DNA from: Octopus vulgaris
Lineage: Eukaryota
Length of the DNA: 64,000 nucleotides
Direction: 5' to 3'
NCBI GenBank assembly: GCA_951406725.2
Contig: OX597826.1
Location: 78,306,001 to 78,370,000 of the forward strand
Part shown: piece by piece, positions 27,781 to 44,986 of the stretch
Layout of the letters: every line of letters begins with the position of its first letter
Position numbering within the stretch: the first letter of the stretch is position 1
Program-made: the position numbers and the translations under genes
Notes under the pieces: generated by a model
Told to the model about the DNA's origin: nothing
The model's database searches: none
The model's input: the letters and a program-made list of their open reading frames with translations, nothing else

Positions 27781-28522
27781 ATATTATCCAAACTCACAAA
27801 AGCGGGTATGCTTCCGTTCTGTTGCCAGTTGCAGTACACCGCTGCCAAGACGTCTCAAAACAAGTCTGGCATACAATTGCAAAGTGAGACACTGTGGTGG
27901 TGACGGTGGTGGTGGCGGTGGCGGTGGCGGTGGTGGTGGTGGTGGTGGTGGTGGTGTTTGTGGCAGAGTTGTCCTTTGACTGTGAAGCTGTCGTCTGGGT
28001 TCTTCCAATTCTTCGTGTGTCGGTGGCGATGTTGGCGTCCATCCTCGCACCTGCACCTGTGTCGCTCCTCCCCTTCTTCCCCCCTTCATGAAGCTGTGAG
28101 GAAGGCAGGGTAGTGAAATCAACGTCGTAAGCGTTGTCAAGGAGACCAGCATTCTTTTAGAACGACGACTTCATGGCTTGAAATCGCCAAAACAGAAATG
28201 GCTAAGAATGCCGAAAGCAAATTCTACAAAATCGAGAAACACGCCTCACAGGGAAGGTTTCCCGTGCAAAGAATTTGCACGACCGAATGTATTAGTTGTT
28301 GCACAACTTTTACATAAATATTATCCGAACACAAACTTTTGAAGTTTAGTATTGTTTTTTTTTTTGTTTTTAACGCTTGTGCAAAATTGGATTTGTTTTT
28401 GGTGGTAGTATTGGTGTCACTTGTAGTGGTTGAGGTTGTAGTAGTGGTGTTGTTGTTGGCAGTTATAGTAGACGGCAAAACGACGATATCGTTGCTGTTG
28501 TTGTTGTCGTTGTTGTTATTGT

Positions 28523-28576
<54 letters not shown>

Positions 28577-28649
28577 GGTGGTGGTGGTGGTGGTGGTGGT
28601 GGTGGTGGTGGTGGTGGTGGTGGTGGTGGTGGTGGTGGTGGTGGTGGTG

Positions 28650-28817
28650 GAATTTCTCAATTAACTGGAGCCTCCTGGACTACCTCCACACATATTAGCA
28701 CTTAAAGTTGGAACTCCTGTAATGCTACTCCGCAATCTGGAACCACCAAGAATTTGCAATGGAACACGACTGGTGATAAAGAAAATGATGTCACACGTTA
28801 TCGAGGCGATCATTCTT
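28650..28817 (+). mobile_element. Helitron Pif1-like helicase fragment
   Basis: [55 protein letters not shown], the characteristic Helitron/Pif1 motif. Absent from the ORF track. Confidence 0.9.
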
Positions 28818-30023
28818 TTTTTTTTAAACCGAAAATTATGTTTGTTTTAAACCTTGAGATTACATAGAAAGTATTTTGCGTAGGATATGAGCAGTTCCCA
28901 TGAGCACTATCTTTTGAATTTCTGCAATTTTGGGGTTTCCTGGTATCTGAGTTAGGTAGCTATCAGCCCCTTTTGCTATCATTCCCAGGGCACCTATGAC
29001 AACAGGTATTGTTTCAGTCTTCAGGTTCCACATTTTGCTGATTTCTATTTCAAGATCTTTATATTTGCTCAGTTTTTGGTAGGTCTTGACAGATACGTTT
29101 ATATCGATTGGGACAGTCATATCAATGAGGAGGCATGTTCTTTGTTTGAAGTCTTTCAATATGATGTCTGGCCTATTTGCATCTATCTTTCTGTCAGTTT
29201 GAATGGTGAAGTTCCAGAGGAGTGAGATGTGGTCATTTTCAAGCACTGGGGGTGGTTTGTGTTCCCACCAGTTTTTTTCATGGGGCAAATCCAAGTTTTT
29301 ACAGATTACCCAGTGAATATATTGTGCAGCTCTATCGTGCCTGTTGAGATACTCTGTAGGCGCTAGAAGACTGAACTTGGAGACCACATGGTCAATGATT
29401 TCATTTTGTTGCTTGCATACACGACACGTTGGACTGCTTCTGATCTTTAATATGTTGGCCTGGTAGTTTCTTGTTGCTAGGCATTGATCTTGAGCTGCTA
29501 TGATAAACCCCTCTGTTTCAGATTTTAAGCCAGAGGCCATTAGCCATTGATGGGTCAGGGCTTTGTCAACATCTGCATTATTTGCTCTCTTTGGGTATTT
29601 GCCATAGAGAGGTTTTTCTTGCCATTTATCATTCAGAATATCTAAGGCCGCAGATTTAGCACGGGTTTTCATGCGCTTAGCTTTTTCTGTGCCTGTTTCT
29701 TGTATGTCTATCTCTAATTCCGAAATTTGTTGTATTCGGAATTCACTTAGATATTCCTTTGCCTGTTTTGTTACTGAGTATGATGCTTTCTTGCTTTCAT
29801 GTTTTGAGACAAGTTTTAACATCCAGTCCTCAGAGTTTTTCAGGTAGGTGTCTAGGCCAATTGTAGCAATCTTCATTGTTATTGCCAGTTGTAAAAGTCC
29901 ACGGCCTCCCTCTTATCTTGGCAGATAAAGTCGTTCTGTATCTGCCTTAGGGTGGTGCATTCTATGCATTGTCAACAGTTTTCGTACTTTTCTGTCAAGA
30001 TTACATATTTCAGTAATTGACCA
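28818..30023 (-). mobile_element. R4/Dong-type non-LTR retrotransposon (RLE), 5'-truncated
   Basis: LDRKVRKLLTMHRMHHPKADTERLYLPR*EGGRGL... (one nonsense codon, same frame as ORF 28860-29876), zinc knuckle CRVCKQQNEIIDHVVSK, RHD, RPDIILKD, KLSKYKDL. The 5' end abuts (AAT)n. Confidence 0.92.
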
Positions 30024-30049
30024 TATTATTATTATTATTATTATCATTA

Positions 30050-30080
<31 letters not shown>

Positions 30081-30103
30081 CATTATTATTATTATTATTA
30101 TTA

Positions 30104-30167
<64 letters not shown>

Positions 30168-30247
30168 TATTATTATCATTATTATTATTATCATTATTAT
30201 TATTATTATCATTATTATTATTATTATTATTATCATTATTAATATTA

Positions 30248-30287
<40 letters not shown>

Positions 30288-30496
30288 CATCATTATTATT
30301 ATCATTATTATTATTATTATTATTATTATCGTTATTATTATCATTATTATTATTATTATCATCATCATTATTATTATTATTTTTATTATTATTATTATCA
30401 TTATTATTATTATTATTTTTATTATTATTATTACCATTATTATTATTATTATTATTATCATTATTATTATTATTATTATTATCATTATTATTATTA

Positions 30497-30527
<31 letters not shown>

Positions 30528-30571
30528 CATCATTATTATTATTATTATTATTATTATCAATATTATTATCA

Positions 30572-30602
<31 letters not shown>

Positions 30603-30688
30603 TATTATTATTATTTTTATTATTATTATTATCATTATTATTATTATTATTTTTATTATTATTATTACCATTATTATTATTATTATTA

Positions 30689-30719
<31 letters not shown>

Positions 30720-30733
30720 CATTATTATTATTA

Positions 30734-30788
<55 letters not shown>

Positions 30789-30859
30789 CATCATCATTAT
30801 TATTATTATTATTATTATCAATATTATTATCATCATTATTATTATTATTATTATTATCA

Positions 30860-30890
<31 letters not shown>

Positions 30891-30919
30891 CATTATTATT
30901 ATTATCATTATTATTATTA

Positions 30920-30953
<34 letters not shown>

Positions 30954-30998
30954 CATTATTATTATGATTATTATTATTATTATTATTATTATTATCAT

Positions 30999-31030
<32 letters not shown>

Positions 31031-31160
31031 TTATTATTGTTGTTGTTGCTGCTGTTGTTTTTTGTTCTTGTTGTTGTTATTATTATTATTGTTGTTGTTG
31101 TTGCTGCTGTTGTTGTTGCTGTTGTTGTTGTTTTTTGTTGTTGTTGTTGTTGTTATTGTT
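30024..31160. repeat. ~1 kb (ATT/ATC)n array followed by (GTT)n
   Basis: Directly visible. Confidence 0.95.
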
Positions 31161-31479
31161 ACTGTATCTCATTTCTTTCTTTATTGCTCAGGTTTTATCT
31201 CTAATTTGCCTTTATTTGCTGCTGTTGTTGTAGTTGCTTCAATAACCGACATGCAGCTTCTTAAGTTAGATTGCTCATTTTACACATCATTCAAAAATAT
31301 ATTTTACTTGTTTTTATCCTCATCGGCCGCCATACTTTTGTGCTCGTTCGGAAAAAATATGGCGCCATTTCTAGCCACCAGAACGTGGGTCGACGCCATT
31401 TCTACTTGTACAGGAAGTAATTTTTGAAAATGAATGCATATAACTGTGTGGAATTATTTGTGTGTATATAATTGTATGG

Positions 31480-31554
<75 letters not shown>

Positions 31555-31808
31555 GATAGATAGATATTTCATATACATACAAACATATATATAAATATAT
31601 ATATATATGTTTGAATGTATGTATATTTTATGTATTTGCATATGTATGTGTATATGGATATACATATTGCTATTATTCCTCTCACTCTCTGTCAGTCTGG
31701 GCTATTACTCTCACTACTTCTCCTTCACTGAATTAGTATTTTCTCTCCTCTCCCTTCACTTATACTACTCTTTCCCCTACTCCGTCCCACTCCTACACTG
31801 TGATTTGG

Positions 31809-31849
<41 letters not shown>

Positions 31850-32169
31850 AATACATAAAAACTAAGCACATTATTATATAAGGAGATTGTTTCGTTTTTG
31901 CTTACACTCATCTTACAAAGGGATGGTTGTTGTTGTTGCTGCTGCTGTTGTCGTTATTATTATTATTATTATTATTATTTGATGAAAGCACTCACCTTAT
32001 TTTACTGGGTATGATGGAAAGTGCACGCTGGATGCGTGTGCATACCTAGCAGCGCCGTTTTCCAGAAGTTATATATTCATTACTCCTCCGGGTTTTGGTC
32101 ATGTATTTACCTGTGCCTTCCTTTAAGCATGGTTACGCATTTGTTTATAGTTGTTGTTATTGCTGCTGT

Positions 32170-32230
<61 letters not shown>

Positions 32231-32274
32231 CGCAGCAGCAGCAGCAGTATTAGTAGTAGTTTTAGTAGTAGTTT

Positions 32275-32327
<53 letters not shown>

Positions 32328-32650
32328 TTAATATGTACTGATATTATAGTGTTGTTTATTACTACCACTGATGTTGCTACTACTACTACTACAGCTGCAA
32401 TTACTACTAGCAGTACTACTACCACTGCTGCTTCTGCTTCTACTACCACTACCACCACTTTTGCTGCTAACATCGTTAAGACGAGTTCAAGTTTCTCAAG
32501 TGTTACTGAAGGAATTAATTTTCATTTTAAACAGTATTTCAAAGAAATCATTATTTTGTAATGAATCTCTCTTTCTCTCTGTTTTCCCCCCTCTCTCTCT
32601 CTCACTCTCACTCCTCTCTCTCTCTCTCTCTCTTTCTTACCGTGGTTAGA

Positions 32651-32892
32651 AAACGTCTTGAACAGTATCCACGCTCAAGGTCATTCCAAGAACCCCTTCC
32701 TTGGGTTCCAGATGAAAAGTGCCCCCACTGTTCTTCTTGCAAAGCCCCCTTCATCTTCGTGAAGATACAACATCATTGTAGCACTATGGCAAGGTATTTT
32801 CTTCTCGATACTCAGCTAACTCTGTTCCATTGCCACAGTATGGACCTGTGAAGCCAGTGCGTGTTTGCAATCATTGTTTTGTACTTCAATAA
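32651..32892 (+). pseudogene. FYVE zinc-finger pseudogene fragment, Lst2/ZFYVE28-like C-terminus
   Basis: [31 protein letters not shown] [1-nt deletion] [35 protein letters not shown]. WxxD, HHC and RVC FYVE motifs are present; the RRHHCR basic patch and three zinc-binding Cys are lost. Confidence 0.8.
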
Positions 32893-33156
32893 TCAAATCT
32901 TTTGAATAAAACCCAGCCAAAAAGAGGAAATCCACACAATGATATATTTGAAATCTTAAGAACAATTCTAGTAAAAGGCAAATTATATATCCCCCAGTTT
33001 ATATCCCGAATATCCTGTACACCATAATAACGATGAATAATATTTCCACCACATAAAAACAATAAATCTTTAAATCTAGCATGTGTATAGAAATTAAACA
33101 CAGCTAGTATAGGCATTTTTATTCCTAAAGATATCATTTTACCCCCAACCGACTTA

Positions 33157-33392
33157 CGAAACACCCATATTTCCGAAAGTGAATTATCCAAACCCCAAAG
33201 AATTCCCCTCACATTACTACGATGCTCACCCGCTACTTCTGTTGTGATGCGCATATCGTCAGCCACTAAGAGACATGCTCAACTGATTAAGGTCAAACAA
33301 GTGACAAGCAAATCTGTAGTATTGAACAGAATATTTGCTGTAGCCTATCTTTTATACCAAGATAAAACAATACTGCATGATAACACTTCCAA
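33157..33392 (-). mobile_element. Element E, internal fragment
   Basis: Matches 34850-35092. Confidence 0.8.
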
Positions 33393-33601
33393 GATTATTG
33401 ATAACGCAATAATCTTTTTTATATCGTACTCATAAATAGCACAAATCCCTTTTATAAAAGTAGTTATAATACAAATAAATAACTTGATTTGTGTGTACAT
33501 AGTAATGAACACACACAAATGGGCAAATGGCGGACGATGAAAAATTATTTATGATGTTTCAACGACAAAATTTAGAGCACAACACCGCCGCCACCACCAC
33601 C

Positions 33602-33633
<32 letters not shown>

Positions 33634-34353
33634 CACCAACAAAAACAACAAAAGTGCACATGCGCAAATGTTGTCAAACGGAAATACATTAGACAATATC
33701 AAAGTGCCATCTTTTACAAGTGTTCTTTCCAACAAGAAACGACAGCCACATTATGTTTGCAACGATCTTTTGCAGAATTGCGTAGAAGGAGGAGAGGAGT
33801 ATAGCTGTGTCTTGCCAAGGCCAAGGGGTCATTTCTTGTTCCAAGGAAGATTCGCAGAAGGTCCTCGTAGACGTCTTCAATGAGATTTCCTTTATTCAGA
33901 TTTTACGATTAGAGAAGTGGAAGGTGTCAAGTTGAAATGGTCTGTGGCCTCTCCGAAAACCATTTATGGAATATTTAGGAGACGAAATATAATAAAGAGA
34001 ACGGAACACGAATAACAAACTTAATTCTTTGTTTATTCCTACATCTGTGTCACCGTTTGGCAGATGGTAAATGCACAGATGGCATCTACATGTAGATTCA
34101 AGTTTTAATTGACCCCGGAGACTACGGAGCTATTTCAGAGTTGCGTGCCATTGTCAATATCCCCCAAAAAGATAGGAGTTTGAAATTATACAAAGTGAAC
34201 TGCCAGGAGAGGTTAAAATAAGCATGGTGCACCAGGAAGAGATTATGTCCACTGATGGTCATGTTTCCGGATATCGGTGGTCTTTGTATCTGTATTAAAG
34301 GAAATATTGGTATTGAAACCGGACGAATGGAAATTGATGGCCTTAGGGCCTAG

Positions 34354-34557
<204 letters not shown>

Positions 34558-34590
34558 AAGAAGAAGAAGAAGAAGGAGAAGAAGAATTTT

Positions 34591-35145
34591 GAGTGAGAGA
34601 GCAATGCATACCATCAAAGTGACACTGGGCTAAAATATAAGAAAGCCTAGTATACCCATCATGACTACCCGTCTGATAAGAGTACACCAGACAGATGCGT
34701 CACAACCGTATGTGTGCGACATGGTGATCTCATATCAAGATAAACAGCGCATGACTTTGCAGGTGGGGCCCAGTTAGAATTTTCTTCAGGTTGAGTGGCC
34801 CATCCAACTCAAAAGGTCCCTGAATAAGGGTTGTTTATGGATGTAGAACGAAACAGCCATTTTTCCAAAGGTGAATTATTCAAACCCCAAAGAATCCCTC
34901 TCAACACACGGCTATGATGCTCCCCCACTACTTCTGCTCGTGATCAGAGATGCACATATCGTCAGCCACTAAGGGACATGCTCAACTGTTTAAGGTCAAA
35001 CAACTTACAAGCAAATCTGTGATATTGAACAGAATATTTGCTGTTGCCCATCTTTGATACCCAGACAAAACAATGTACATGATAACACTTCCAATTAGTT
35101 AAGCTGAGAAGCCTTCAAAGCCACTGCCTTGAACTGCATCAGGGC

Positions 35146-35147
<2 letters not shown>
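34591..35147 (-). mobile_element. Element E, full length
   Basis: Reverse complement of 16447-16983 with both termini. Confidence 0.9.
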
Positions 35148-35191
<44 letters not shown>

Positions 35192-35264
35192 GTTGTTGTT
35201 GTTGTTGTTATTATTGTTATTATTATTATTATTATTCTATGTATTGATTATTATTTATTATTAT

Positions 35265-35304
<40 letters not shown>

Positions 35305-35341
35305 GTGCCATTATTATTGGGGGTTATTATTATTGATTGTC

Positions 35342-35383
<42 letters not shown>

Positions 35384-35459
35384 ACCTTATTATTATTATT
35401 ATTATTGTTATTATTATTATTATTATCTATTAATTATCTATTATTATTATCCTATTATC

Positions 35460-35501
<42 letters not shown>

Positions 35502-35577
35502 GGGCATCATCATCATCAGGTCATCATTTTCATCATCATCATCATCATCATTCATCATCATCATCATCATCATCATT

Positions 35578-36811
<1,234 letters not shown>

Positions 36812-36813
36812 TG

Positions 36814-37920
<1,107 letters not shown>

Positions 37921-38135
37921 AAAGGCGGCGTGCTGGCAGAATCGCTTGCATCTCGGACCAAATGATTATCGGCATTTCGTCTGCCGCTACGTTCTGAGTT
38001 CAAATTCCACCGTGGTCGATTTTGCCTGTCATCCTTTCACGGTCTATAAATTAAGTACCAGTGAAACACTGGGGTTAATGTAATCGACAAGTTCCCCTAT
38101 CCCAAATCCTCAGACCTTGTGCCTATAATAGAAAT
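37921..38135 (+). mobile_element. SINE family B in (ATT)n
   Basis: B head and centre; tail CCTTGTGCCTATAATAGAAATGATTATT. Confidence 0.85.
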
Positions 38136-38812
<677 letters not shown>

Positions 38813-39283
38813 AGTATCAGCATCAGTGTCACCATCTCAGTCATCATCGACACCGACACCATGACCATCACCATCAACACAGCGCGCTTTCCTTGTATGT
38901 AAAGTAGTAAATTAAAAAGAAACAAGAGCCCATATCTAAAACAACCAAAAAACAACAAACAAAAAAACAGCAAAAGTGCATATTTGACATGTTTCCTGTG
39001 TTGCTGTTTTCATCTGTAGTTTTTACTGTTGTTGTTGTTGTTGTTGTGGTGGTTGTTGTTGGTGGTGGTGGTGGTGTTGCTAATGTTACTGTTGTCGTTG
39101 TTGCATTTGTTGTTGTTGTTGTTCGTTCCCTGCTTTTGTTTGCTTCTCGACATCCGCCCCCCCCATTTCCCGCTCCTTGCGTTCCGTTCGTGTTTTCCCT
39201 ATGTTCAATGATTTATTCATCTCGTTGTTTACCTATTTATTCAAATTATATTATTATTATTTATTGTGTGTGTATATGTGCGT

Positions 39284-39341
<58 letters not shown>

Positions 39342-40324
39342 ATGTATGTATGTATGTTTTGACATATTCACATGCATTATAGTAAATAAAATAAAAGGGA
39401 AAACATATACAAATGTGTGTGTATGTATATATATGTCTGTATTGTGTATGTATGTATGTATGTATGTATGTATGTATGTATGTATGTATGTATGTATGTA
39501 TGTGTTGTATGTATATGCATGTATTGTGTATGTATCTATTGTGTATGTATTGTGTATGTATGTATATGTACGTATGTATATATATATGTATGTATGTATA
39601 TACGTATATGTACGTATGTATATATATATATGTATGTATTGTGTGTGTATGTATAGTGTATGTATGTGTGTGTTTACGTGTATGCTTGCATGTGTGTGTG
39701 TGTGTTTTGCTTTATTTCTATATCAATTCATTTATTTTCTTTTAACTATGTATTTTTGTTTTATACGCATATTTATTTAGGTGCGCCCTCTGCTGTCGAA
39801 GATTACAGAGAAAACGGTCGGCGTGGTTCCACGAAATATATGGTTTCTGCTCCTGAAAATACCTGATTACTGAGAAGAGAAACAAGAAAGCCAAAAGGAA
39901 TAAATAAATAAAATAAATAACATAAATAAATAAAATAAATAAATAATATAAATAAATAAATAAATAAATACACAGCAAAGACTACGACTTATTCAAAGGA
40001 CAGCAATGGAAGGAGGAGGGAGAGGGGGAGAGAAGGAGAGAGTGAAAGCAAGAGAGAGGGAGAGGGAGAGACGGATCGGTATGTGAGGGATAAAGAGAGG
40101 GGAGGGGGGATAAAAGGTAAAAGACGAAGAGGAAAGATTACGCTCGTTCTTGCTGATTATCGGTCTTAAGAATCGATGCACGTGGTATATATATATATAT
40201 AGAGAGAGAGGGAGGGAGGGGAGGGGGTTGTGTGAGGTGTGTGTCTTCGTGTATTTGTCTTTTTGTAAACGATATATACATACATGTGCGCGTGAATGTG
40301 AGTGTTATATAAATATAACTATAA

Positions 40325-40371
<47 letters not shown>

Positions 40372-40399
40372 TAAATATATACTATAAATATAATTATAA

Positions 40400-40461
<62 letters not shown>

Positions 40462-40462
40462 G

Positions 40463-40493
<31 letters not shown>

Positions 40494-40759
40494 TTATAGT
40501 TATATATATATATATACATATCTATAGATATATAGATATATATATACACACACACGCACATATATATGTATATATACATATCTACATGCATACACGCATA
40601 ATGTATGTATGTGTATATTTATATGTAGATATATATGTAGATATACATATGTGCGTGTGTGTGCGTGTGCGTGTGTGCCCGCGTGTGTGTGTGCCCGCGT
40701 GCGTGCATATGTGCGTGTGCGAGATGAAAAAAATCAATACATAATATTATTCGGATCAT

Positions 40760-42420
40760 TGAATGTTAGGATCCCTATTGTGAAAAGGAAAAGCCCTCGC
40801 TCGGAACACTGGACACCACTCGTCTCAAGGTTTCCGTCAGTATTGATATTTCAACCCTGAGCAAGACACAAGGAGGCAAAAAAGTTGGTGAGGAACAGCT
40901 GAAGAAAAATGGCAGCGGATATAAGGACGGCGATAACAAGAAGTAGGCATTGCAGTCCTCAATAAACTAGGTGACAACTTCATGAAATACGTTGATGTCA
41001 ATAATAAGGCTGGTGATCTTCTGCTTAAAGTATTCTGACCTCTACATCAGGTAACAATGGGTTATGTGCCCACACTTGGCGTAGACACGGAAGATGAAAA
41101 GGAAATATGTAATCGTAGAAGATAAATGCGTCTTACTGGGTGACTTCGATAGGGTTTCAATCGCTAGGAAGGAATGATATAGTTTGATAAGAGACATAGG
41201 AAAGTTTAACTCAAATGATATTGTGTTTTACTAGTGGCACTCTGTCAGTTACGACGACGAGGGTTCCAGTTCAACCACGCAACGAACAGCCTGGTTGTGA
41301 AATTAATGTGCAAGTGGCCGAGCACTCTACAGACACGCGTTCCCTTAACGAAACTCTCAGGGAGAGTAAGCTTGACACAGAATGGGACAAGGCTGGCCCT
41401 TTGAAATATAGGTACAACTAATTTCTGCAAGCTGTGTGAACGTGAAGTAAAATGTCTTGCTCAAGGACACAATGCGCCGCCTGGAATCTAACTCACGGCC
41501 TTTCGATCGTAAACTGAATAACCCCACCAACCACTAAGCCACACGCCTTTATGTTGGCATTGTGCTACCTGCTGAGTGGAACAAAACAATATTCTGGCAA
41601 ACAATCAAGCGCTACTTCGATTGCATTCGCTATCAAAGCGCTGGTACATAATTTCCCAAACCCTCGTGCAGACCCATGATCACTAGAATGAACATCTTAA
41701 CACAAATCATATTAGAAGCCAGCAATTGCTGGACGGACCACCACCAAATATTCTCAAGCATGGCAATCTAACTCGCCCCGAAGTTACATCGACAATGGAG
41801 CTTTGGATGAGACATAATCTTGAGGATGAAACAATATTTAGTAAATTTCAAGTAATATTTCTGCTAATCTGATCGGGAAAGTAAACATTGTTATGTTTAT
41901 GCTAGTGAACATCATGTCCCATTTCAGGAGATGTATCTCATTGATTCGCGGGTGAATAGAATAGCAGTGTGTGTGAGTGTGTTTCTAAATTCGGATACCC
42001 AAGACTAGACAGCTCTAGTTTAGGAGCTATCCAGGTCATTATGTTTAGGAGCTATCCAGGTCATTTGTCAGTCACCAATAGGGTCCAGAGCCCCAGAAAC
42101 AGGACAAGATTTCCAAAACAGTCTTTCTAAATATCTCGTGGTTCAGTGAAAAAAACAACCATTCCAGTTTTCAAGGTTATCGATGAAGGGGAGCTAGATA
42201 TACGTCTAACACACTCAGAACTTTATCTAAGACTTCATTAGCACCAGCAACTAATTAACGCTCCCCGAAAATTTCTGGTGAATGCTGGATATTTACTCAA
42301 CCAACTGAAAATACACACCCAGCAAAAGAATCTAGAGATATACACGCTGTGCTAAAGAATTTAGATCACAGCTTTCTGCATATTTCGAAATCACGATCAG
42401 TCTTGGAGCTGCAAAACCAT
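40760..42420 (+). mobile_element. Decayed RTE-like LINE (APE endonuclease, trace of RT), interrupted by SINE C
   Basis: Fragments GYVPTLGVDTEDEK, DKCVLLGDFD, LHSLSKRWYII and ASNCWTDHHQI match RTE APE motifs (AYAPT, LLGDFNARVG, HPRSK.WH.ID, CWTDH) in order. Confidence 0.65.
41232..41548 (-). mobile_element. SINE family C
   Basis: Reverse complement of 4620-4915. Confidence 0.85.
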
Positions 42421-42824
42421 TACATGTTCTTATCTTATCTTCACTCTTGGAAACATTTTCAAAAAGTAAAAGTTTAATCTGCATTTTATATCACAGCGTT
42501 TTTCTCATATTTTGCAATGCGCACTCTCTCTCTCTCTCTTTCTCCCCCCCTCTCTCTCTCTCGCTCTCTCTCTTTCTCTGTATATAATGACGTTGGATTT
42601 GTCTGGGTTGATGTATGAACACTCATTTGTTTGAAATCTTGTTTGTTTAAATTTTTGCCTGAAGATGGTGGTTTACATGTGAGTCTGAAGATTGCTTGGA
42701 GACACAAGGCGCGTTATAAAAAGATACCAAGGCACGCGTCTACACAGCAAGAAACCATTAGTAGCTCTTATCTCTATGCTGTACACATATATACATATAG
42801 ATAGATAAATAGATAGGTAGATAG

Positions 42825-42888
<64 letters not shown>

Positions 42889-43015
42889 GTAAAGAGTGAA
42901 AAAACGACAGAAGGCTTAAATGTTAAAAAATATATATATTTGCGTCAATATGTCTGAAGAATATTAGAAAATTTTTTAAACAAATTTTTTTTCCTTTATA
43001 ATGACATAATTTTTA

Positions 43016-43054
43016 AAGAAAGACCGGTTTCGCATTTAGCTTTTCAAATTTCTT
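43016..43054 (-). ncRNA. Degenerate/variant minimal hammerhead motif in an AT-rich insert between (TA)n tracts
   Basis: AAGAAA-TTTGAAAA-GC(TAAAT)GC-GAAA-CCG-GTC-TTTCTT: 6-bp stem I, palindromic ACCGGT, GUC triplet. The CUGANGA core is non-canonical. Confidence 0.4.
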
Positions 43055-43105
43055 GTGACGTTATGTTTATTCACCCACGTGCTTTCACAAACCAACTTTC
43101 TTATA

Positions 43106-43197
<92 letters not shown>

Positions 43198-43793
43198 TAC
43201 CTACATACATATATACATACATACATGCATACATACATACATATATGCACACACAGAGGCACACATACACACATGCTGCAGCCTGTGTGGGCGTATATTG
43301 CTATACGCATAATCAAATACGTATGATAACATAAAATAACTTTTCCAATTCATTATATATTTAGGAATGATTTGCTCTATTATCGTTGTTTAGCTTTCTC
43401 TGCTGTTTTTTCTTAAAGATATTTATGTATTTTATAATCATCTTTTACTCTTAAACCTGCAAGTGCAACTTATGCACAGCACTTGATGCACCATGTGTAG
43501 CGTTATAAACAATTTTCTATCGCTAGGAAACTCTTAAAGTTAATTGCTTGGTCATATCAACTGAATGCATATCAATATATCCAACAGCCCATAAGATAAT
43601 CGTACATAATAGTTCTTATCAATATATTAATATGTAAGTAGCACAGTTATAGACCGTACGTGTGTATATATGTGTATAAACATATACACATATGCATATA
43701 TATGTATATACAAATATATCTATATATTATGTGTTTTATCTATATGTGTGTGCGTGTGTGCGTGTATGTGGGTGTGCATGTTAAAGTTTATAT

Positions 43794-43849
<56 letters not shown>

Positions 43850-43864
43850 TTAGCTATTTATATA

Positions 43865-44380
<516 letters not shown>

Positions 44381-44452
44381 CCCAATACCTAGATTTACAT
44401 GCACATGACTGTGTGTGTGTCTGTATGTGTGTGTGTATCTGTGTGTGAGTGT

Positions 44453-44518
<66 letters not shown>

Positions 44519-44839
44519 TTGCGTGTAAGAAATGGTTCATACAGCTTGAAAGAAGGAAACAAGACCAGCTTCGGAAAAATCATTGCTTTGTAACCCTGAA
44601 ATCTGCACATGCGCATTAAGTACTTCGTATTAAATTGTGTTTTTTACCTTTTTACTGTTTCAACGGAAGAAATATACAACAATTCTTCCCTCCTCCTCTT
44701 TTCTGACTATATATACATATATATATATGCATTCATCTATGTATATGTACGTGTGTGTTTGTATATATGTATATATATATATGTGTATACATATACAGAT
44801 ACACACACATATATGTGTTTGTATATATATATATGTATA

Positions 44840-44892
<53 letters not shown>

Positions 44893-44912
44893 TATATATG
44901 TATATATATATG

Positions 44913-44986
<74 letters not shown>

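Noticed and set aside
39781-39866. Possible terminal exon after TTTAG (APSAVEDYRENGRRGSTKYMVSAPENT*)
   Set aside because: No recognisable homology, and acceptor-like signals occur on both strands, so it cannot be supported.
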